Positions 54,109 to 59,786 of a stretch of DNA of 59,786 nt are shown piece by piece. Position numbers and translations under genes: made by a program. How positions within the stretch are numbered: the stretch's first letter is position 1; every line of letters begins with the position of its first letter. Source of the stretch: Nemertoderma westbladi (taxonomy: Eukaryota > Animalia > Xenacoelomorpha); assembly GCA_032718475.1 (NCBI GenBank), contig JAUCBJ010005246.1, forward strand, positions 1 to 59,786, read 5' to 3'. Below the pieces are notes generated by a model. That model searched no databases. It was not told the DNA's origin and worked only from the letters and a program-made list of their open reading frames with translations.

Positions 54109-54623
54109 ATTAATAAATAAACTTGCATGTGTAAGATACCGAAAAAAAAACCATTAAATAATTCGAAATAATATATTTCTAGAATCTAATTAGGGTAATA
54201 TATCGCCATGGAGGCAACCCTCTACGTTTTTTGGACTTCGTAGCTTTAAGTCACTTTTAATGATCTGTAACTTCTAATATTGGTTCTAGTATAGTATGAA
54301 TGAATATTCTAGAATATATTTGACATTAAACATTGAACATTAAACATTTAAAGTTTTTTTAAAAGCGCTTTTAACTAATAGGGGTTAAGTAGGGCGTCCA
54401 GCAACCCACCCCAGAACTATAACTAATGTAACTGGGTGATTGGAGTAGAGCAGCTTGAAAGACACCAAAAGTTGATGGCCAGTCTGACCTACATAGGATG
54501 CGTTACAACACCCAAATACATACTTGGTATTTGTTTTTATACGACTTTATTATATACAATGTCCTCTAGGCATCTGGTAGTATCTTACAGAGGGTCAGAC
54601 GATATCCGGTGGGAGTACCCGGC

Positions 54624-55077
54624 GGGAGTCCATGCTGGGCTCTAACTGCTGAGGACACCAAAATCTCTGGATGGCACATTCACAAGAATGCTACGCCGGG
54701 TTCATTGTGTCAAGTACAATGCACACATCTCCAACCAGACACTATATAACATTGGAGGTGTCTCATTGGTTCCCCCAAGCTTGACACTAGAACAAAATCG
54801 CCTCCGCTTTGCAGGACATTGCTTTCGCCGTGAGGACCAGCCAGTGCATAATCTTGTACTTTGGCAGCCTCACGGAGTGAATAAGCATGGTGGACAGCCC
54901 ATGACTTTCTTGAGACGCATCTTAAAGGACACTGGCCTTGAAGATGCGGATGATCTAGCAAATGTCATGGGTGATAGGGAGTTGTGGCGGTGCAATTTTG
55001 TCGATAAGCCAGCACAGCATTCTTAAAAATGCAGCTGCAATGCAGCATGCCGATCCTAGTAAGTATTAGTAGTAGTA
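54624..55077 (+). mobile_element. 5'-truncated RTE-type LINE
   Basis: WALT...LDGTFTRMLRR...HISNQTLY...RLRFAGHCFR...LVLWQP.....GG..T....DTGL...L...M.DRELWR; (AGT)n-like tail; 10-bp TSD AGTACCCGGC at 54614-54623 and 55078-55087. Confidence 0.88.
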
Positions 55078-58000
55078 AGTACCCGGCTATGTGTCTGTTA
55101 GTGCCTCTATGTATTCAGTAGTATCATACAGAAGGGCAGAAGTACCCGGCTGGTCGGGTGTCTGTTAGTGCCTCTTGGTATCCGGTAGTGGTGGTAGTAT
55201 CATACAGAAGGGCAGACCATATGAAGTACCCAGCCGGTTGGGTGACTGTTAGTGCCTCTAGGTATCCAGTAGTATCATACAGAAGGGCAGAAGTACCCGG
55301 CTGGTCGGGTGTCTGTTAGTGCCTCTTGGTATCCGGTAGTGGTGGTAGTATCATACAGAAGGGCAGACCATATGAAGTACCCGGCCGTTCGGGCGTCTGT
55401 TAGTGCCTCTTGGTATCCGGTAGTGGTGGTAGTATCATACAGAATGGCAGACCATATGAAGTACCCGGCCGGTTGGGTGACTGTTAGTGCCTCCAGGTAT
55501 CTAGTAGTATCATACAGAAGGGCAGACCATATGAAGTACCCGGCCGGTCGGGTGTCTGTTAGTGCCTCTTGGTATCTGGTAGTGGTGGTAGTATCATACA
55601 GAAGGGCAGACCATATGAAGTACCCGGCCGGTTGGGTGTCTGTCAGTGCATCTAGGTATCCGGTAGTATCGTACGGAAGGGCAGACCATATGAAGTACCC
55701 GGCCGGTCGGGTGACTGTTAGTGACTCTTGGTATCCGGTAGTGGTGGTAGTATCATACAGAAGGGCAGACCATATGAAGTACCCAGCCGGTTGGGTGTCT
55801 GTCAGTGCATCTAGGTATCCGGTAGTATCGTACGGAAGGGCAGACCATATGAAGTACCCAGCCGGTCGGGTGTCTGTTATTGCCTCTTGGTATCCGGTAG
55901 TGGAGGTAGTATCATACAGAAGGGCAGACCATATGAAGTACCCGGCCGTTCGGGTATCTGTTAGTGCCTCTTGGTATCCGGTAGTGGTGGTAGTATCATA
56001 CAGAACGGCAGACCATATGAAGTACCCGGCCGGTCGGGTGTCTGTTAGTGACTCTTGGTATCCGGTAGTATCGTACAGAAGGGCAGACCATATGAAGTAC
56101 CCGGCTGGGTGTCTGTTAGTGCCTCTAGGTATCCGGTAGTATCATACAGAAGGGCGGACCATACAAAGTACCGAGCCGGGTGTCTGTTAGTGCCTCTAGG
56201 TATCTGGTAGTATCGTACGGAAAGGCAGACCATATGAAGTACCCGGCCGGTCGGGTGTCTGTTAGTGCCTCTTGGTATGCGGCAGTGGTGGTAGTATCAT
56301 ACAGAAGGGCAGACCATATGAAGTACCCGGCCGGTCGGGTGTCTGTTAGTGCCTCTTGGTATCCGGTAGTGGTGGTAGTATCATACAGAAGGGCAGACCA
56401 TATGAAGTACCCGGCCGGTCGGGTGTCTGTTAGTGACTCTTGGTATCCGGTAGTGGTGGTAGTATCATACAGAAGGGCAGACCATATGAAGTACCCGGCG
56501 GGTTGGGTGTCTGTCAGTGCATCTAGGTATCCGGTAGTATCGTACGGAAGGGCAGACCATATGAAGTACCCGGCCGTTCGGGTGTCTGTTAGTGCCTCTT
56601 GGTATCCGGTAGTGGTGGTAGTATCATACAGAAGGGCAGACCATATGAAGTACCTGGCCAGTCGGGTGTCTGTTAGTGACTCTTGGTATCCGGTAGTATC
56701 GTACAGAAGGGCAGACCATATGAAGTACCCGGCTGGGTGTCTGTTAGTGCCTCTAGGTATCCGGTAGTATCGTACAGAAGGGCGGACCATACAAAGTACC
56801 AAGCTGGGTGTCTGTTAGTGCCTCTAGGTATCCGGTAGTATCGTACGGAAAGGCAGACCATATGAAGTACCCGGCCGGTCGGGTGTCTGTTAGTGCCTCT
56901 TGGTATCCGGCAGTGGTGGTAGTATCATACAGAAGGGCAGACCATATGAAGTACCCGGCCGGTCGGGTGTCTGTTAGTGCCTCTTGGTATCCGGTAGTGG
57001 TGGTAGTATCATACAGAAGGGCAGACCATATGAAGTACCTGGCCGGTCGGGTGTCTGTTAGTGACTCTTGGTATCCGGTAGTATCGTACAGAAGGGCAGA
57101 CCATATGAAGTACCCGGCTGGGTGTCTGTTAGTGCCTCTAGGTATCCGGTAGTATCGTACAGAAGGGCGGACCATACAAAGTACCCGGTCGGGTGACTGT
57201 TAGTGCCTCTAGGTATCCGTTAGTATCGTACAGAAGGGCGGACCATACAAAGTACCGAGCCGGGTGTCTGTTAGTGCCTCTAGGTATCTGGTAGTATTGT
57301 ACAGAAGGGCGGACCATACAAAGTACCCGGCTGGGTGACTGTTAGTGTCTCTAGGTATCCGGTAGTATCGTACAGAAGGGCGGACCATACAAAGTACCCG
57401 GCCAGGTAACTGTTAGTGCCTCTAGGTATCCGGTAGTGTCGTACAGAAGGGCAGACCATACAAAGTACCCGGTCGGGTGACTGTTAGTGCCTCTAGGTAT
57501 CCGGTAGTATCGTACAGAAGGGCGGACCATACAAAGTACCCGGTCAGGTGTCTGTCAGTGCCTCTAGGTATCCGGTAGTATCATACAGAAGGGTGGACCA
57601 TACAAAGTACAGGGTCGGGTGACTGTTAGTGCCTCTAGGTATCCGGTAGTATCGTACAGAAGGGCGGACCATACAAAGTACCCGGTCGGGTGTCTGTCAG
57701 TGCCTCTAGGTATCCGGTAGTATCGTACAGAAGGGCTGACCATACAAAGTACCCGGTCGGGTGTCTGTCAGTGCCTCTAGGTATCCGGTAGTATCGTACA
57801 GAAGGGCGGACCATACAAAGTACCCGGCCGGGTGTCTGTTAGTGCCTCTAGGTATCCGGTAGTATCGTACAGAAGGGCGGACCATACAAAGTACCCGGTC
57901 GGGTGACTGTTAGTGCCTCTAGGTATCCGGTAGTATCGTACAGAAGGGCGGACCATACAAAGTACCCGGCTGGGTGACTGTTAGTGCCTCTAGGTATCCG

Positions 58001-59786
58001 GTAGTATCGTACAGAAGGGCGGACCATACAAAGTACCCGGTCGGGTGACTGTTAGTGCCTCTAGGTATCCGGTAGTATCGTACAGAAGGGCGGACCATAC
58101 AAAGTACCCGGCTGGGTGACTGTTAGTGCCTCTAGGTATCCGGTAGTATCGTACAGAAGGGCGGACCATACAAAGTACCCGGTCGGGTGACTGTTAGTGC
58201 CTCTAGGTATCCGGTAGTATCGTACAGAAGGGCGGACCATACAAAGTACCCGGCTGGGTGACTGTTAGTGCCTCTAGGTATCCGGTAGTATCGTACAGAA
58301 GGGCGGACCATACAAAGTACCCGGTCGGGTGACTGTTAGTGCCTCTAGGTATCCGGTAGTATCGTACAGAAGGGCGGACCATACAAAGTACCCGGCTGGG
58401 TGTCTGTTAGTGCCTCTAGGTATCCGGTAGTATCGTACAGAAGGGCGGACCATACAAAGTACCCGGTCGGGTGACTGTTAGTGCCTCTAGGTATCCGGTA
58501 GTATCGTACAGAAGGGCGGACCATACAAAGTACCCGGTCGGGTGACTGTTAGTGCCTCTAGGTATCCGGTAGTATCGTACAGAAGGGCGGACCATACAAA
58601 GTACCCGGTCGGGTGACTGTTAGTGCCTCTAGGTATCCGGTAGTATCGTACAGAAGGGCGGACCATACAAAGTACCCGGTCGGGTGACTGTTAGTGCCTC
58701 TAGGTATCCGGTAGTATCGTACAGAAGGGCGGACCATACAAAGTACCCGGTCGGGTGTCTGTTAGTGCCTCTAGGTATCCGGTAGTATCGTACAGAAGGG
58801 CGGACCATACAAAGTACCCGGCTGGGTGTCTGTCAGTGCCTCTAGGTATCCGGTAGTATCGTACAGAAGGGCGGACCATACAAAGTACCCGGTCGGGTGA
58901 CTGTTAGTGCCTCTAGGTATCCGGTAGTATCGTACAGAAGGGCGGACCATACAAAGTACCCGGTCTGGGTGACTGTTAGTGCCTCTAGGTATCCGGTAGT
59001 ATCGTACAGAAGGGCGGACCATACAAAGTACCCGGTCGGGTGACTGTTAGTGCCTCTAGGTATCCGGTAGTATCGTACAGAAGGGCGGACCATACAAAGT
59101 ACCCGGCTGGGTGACTGTTAGTGCCTCTAGGTATCCGGTAGTATCGTACAGAAGGGCGGACCATACAAAGTACCCGGTCGGGTGACTGTTAGTGCCTCTA
59201 GGTATCCGGTAGTATCGTACAGAAGGGCGGACCATACAAAGTACCCGGTCGGGTGACTGTTAGTGCCTCTAGGTATCCGGTAGTATCGTACAGAAGGGCG
59301 GACCATACAAAGTACCCGGTCGGGTGACTGTTAGTGCCTCTAGGTATCCGGTAGTATCGTACAGAAGGGCGGACCATACAAAGTACCCGGTCTGGGTGAC
59401 TGTTAGTGCCTCTAGGTATCCGGTAGTATCGTACAGAAGGGCGGACCATACAAAGTACCCGGTCGGGTGACTGTTAGTGCCTCTAGGTATCCGGTAGTAT
59501 CGTACAGAAGGGCGGACCATACAAAGTACCCGGTCGGGTGACTGTTAGTGCCTCTAGGTATCCGGTAGTATCGTACAGAAGGGCGGACCATACAAAGTAC
59601 CCGGCTCGGGTGTCTGTCAGTGCCTCTAGGTATCCGGTAGTATCGTACAGAAGGGCGGACCATACAAAGTACCCGGCTGGGTGTCTGTCAGTGCCTCTAG
59701 GTATCCGGTAGTATCGTACAGAAGGGCGGACCATACAAAGTACCCGGTCGGGTGACTGTTAGTGCCTCTAGGTATCCGGTAGTATC
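55078..59786. repeat. 71-bp minisatellite (75/84-bp variants at left), truncated by window end
   Basis: Unit GTATCCGGTAGTATCGTACAGAAGGGCGGACCATACAAAGTACCCGGTCGGGTGACTGTTAGTGCCTCTAG. A degenerate first unit lies at about 54560-54623. Confidence 0.98.

Larger units (their letters stand above)
52715..54412. mobile_element. Internally deleted PIF/Harbinger transposon, 1.7 kb
   Basis: TIR GGGGTGGGTTGCTGGACGC / GCGTCCAGCAACCCACCCC; flanks ACA and AGA; carries Myb/SANT-like and HARBI1-like 5' remnants. Confidence 0.8.

Noticed and set aside
54460-54526. Candidate third prominin exon (AG...GT bounded)
   Set aside because: Weak acceptor, and the phase-0 translation (TPKVDGQSDLHRMRY...) lacks the expected hydrophobic first transmembrane segment.
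55309-59734. YRRADHMKYP-type repeat ORFs
   Set aside because: Translations of the 71/75/84-bp array.
1-59786. Hammerhead ribozyme, tRNA or telomeric motifs in the repeat units
   Set aside because: I found no CTGANGA...GAAA core, cloverleaf or G-rich telomere unit by eye. An Infernal/Rfam scan would be needed to exclude them fully.

Overview
Eukaryotic (invertebrate animal-like), AT-rich, repeat-dominated DNA, not prokaryotic. About half of the window is six unrelated multi-copy minisatellites (32, ~32, 48, ~15-19, 18 and 71 bp units), which produce nearly all of the long ORFs in the track; those ORFs are artefacts. Three host genes are supported: a single-exon SLC25A44-like mitochondrial carrier (-), a single-exon 570-aa predicted coiled-coil protein I cannot name (-), and the first two coding exons of a prominin-like gene (+). 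The rest is transposon debris: CR1/L2, RTE and CRE-like retrotransposon fragments, a pogo-like transposase pseudogene, a deleted Harbinger, and MULE, hAT and Tc1/mariner-type non-autonomous elements with readable TIRs and TSDs. Three observations stand out. (1) A 4.5-kb hairpin/AUUUA array starts exactly at the last codon and stop codon of the carrier gene. (2) A 6.5-kb array arose inside a LINE ORF2. (3) TA-flanked short motifs that look like transposon excision footprints are strongly enriched. I found no CRISPR array or RNA gene, and no proven new system. All family calls are from motif recognition, without database searches.
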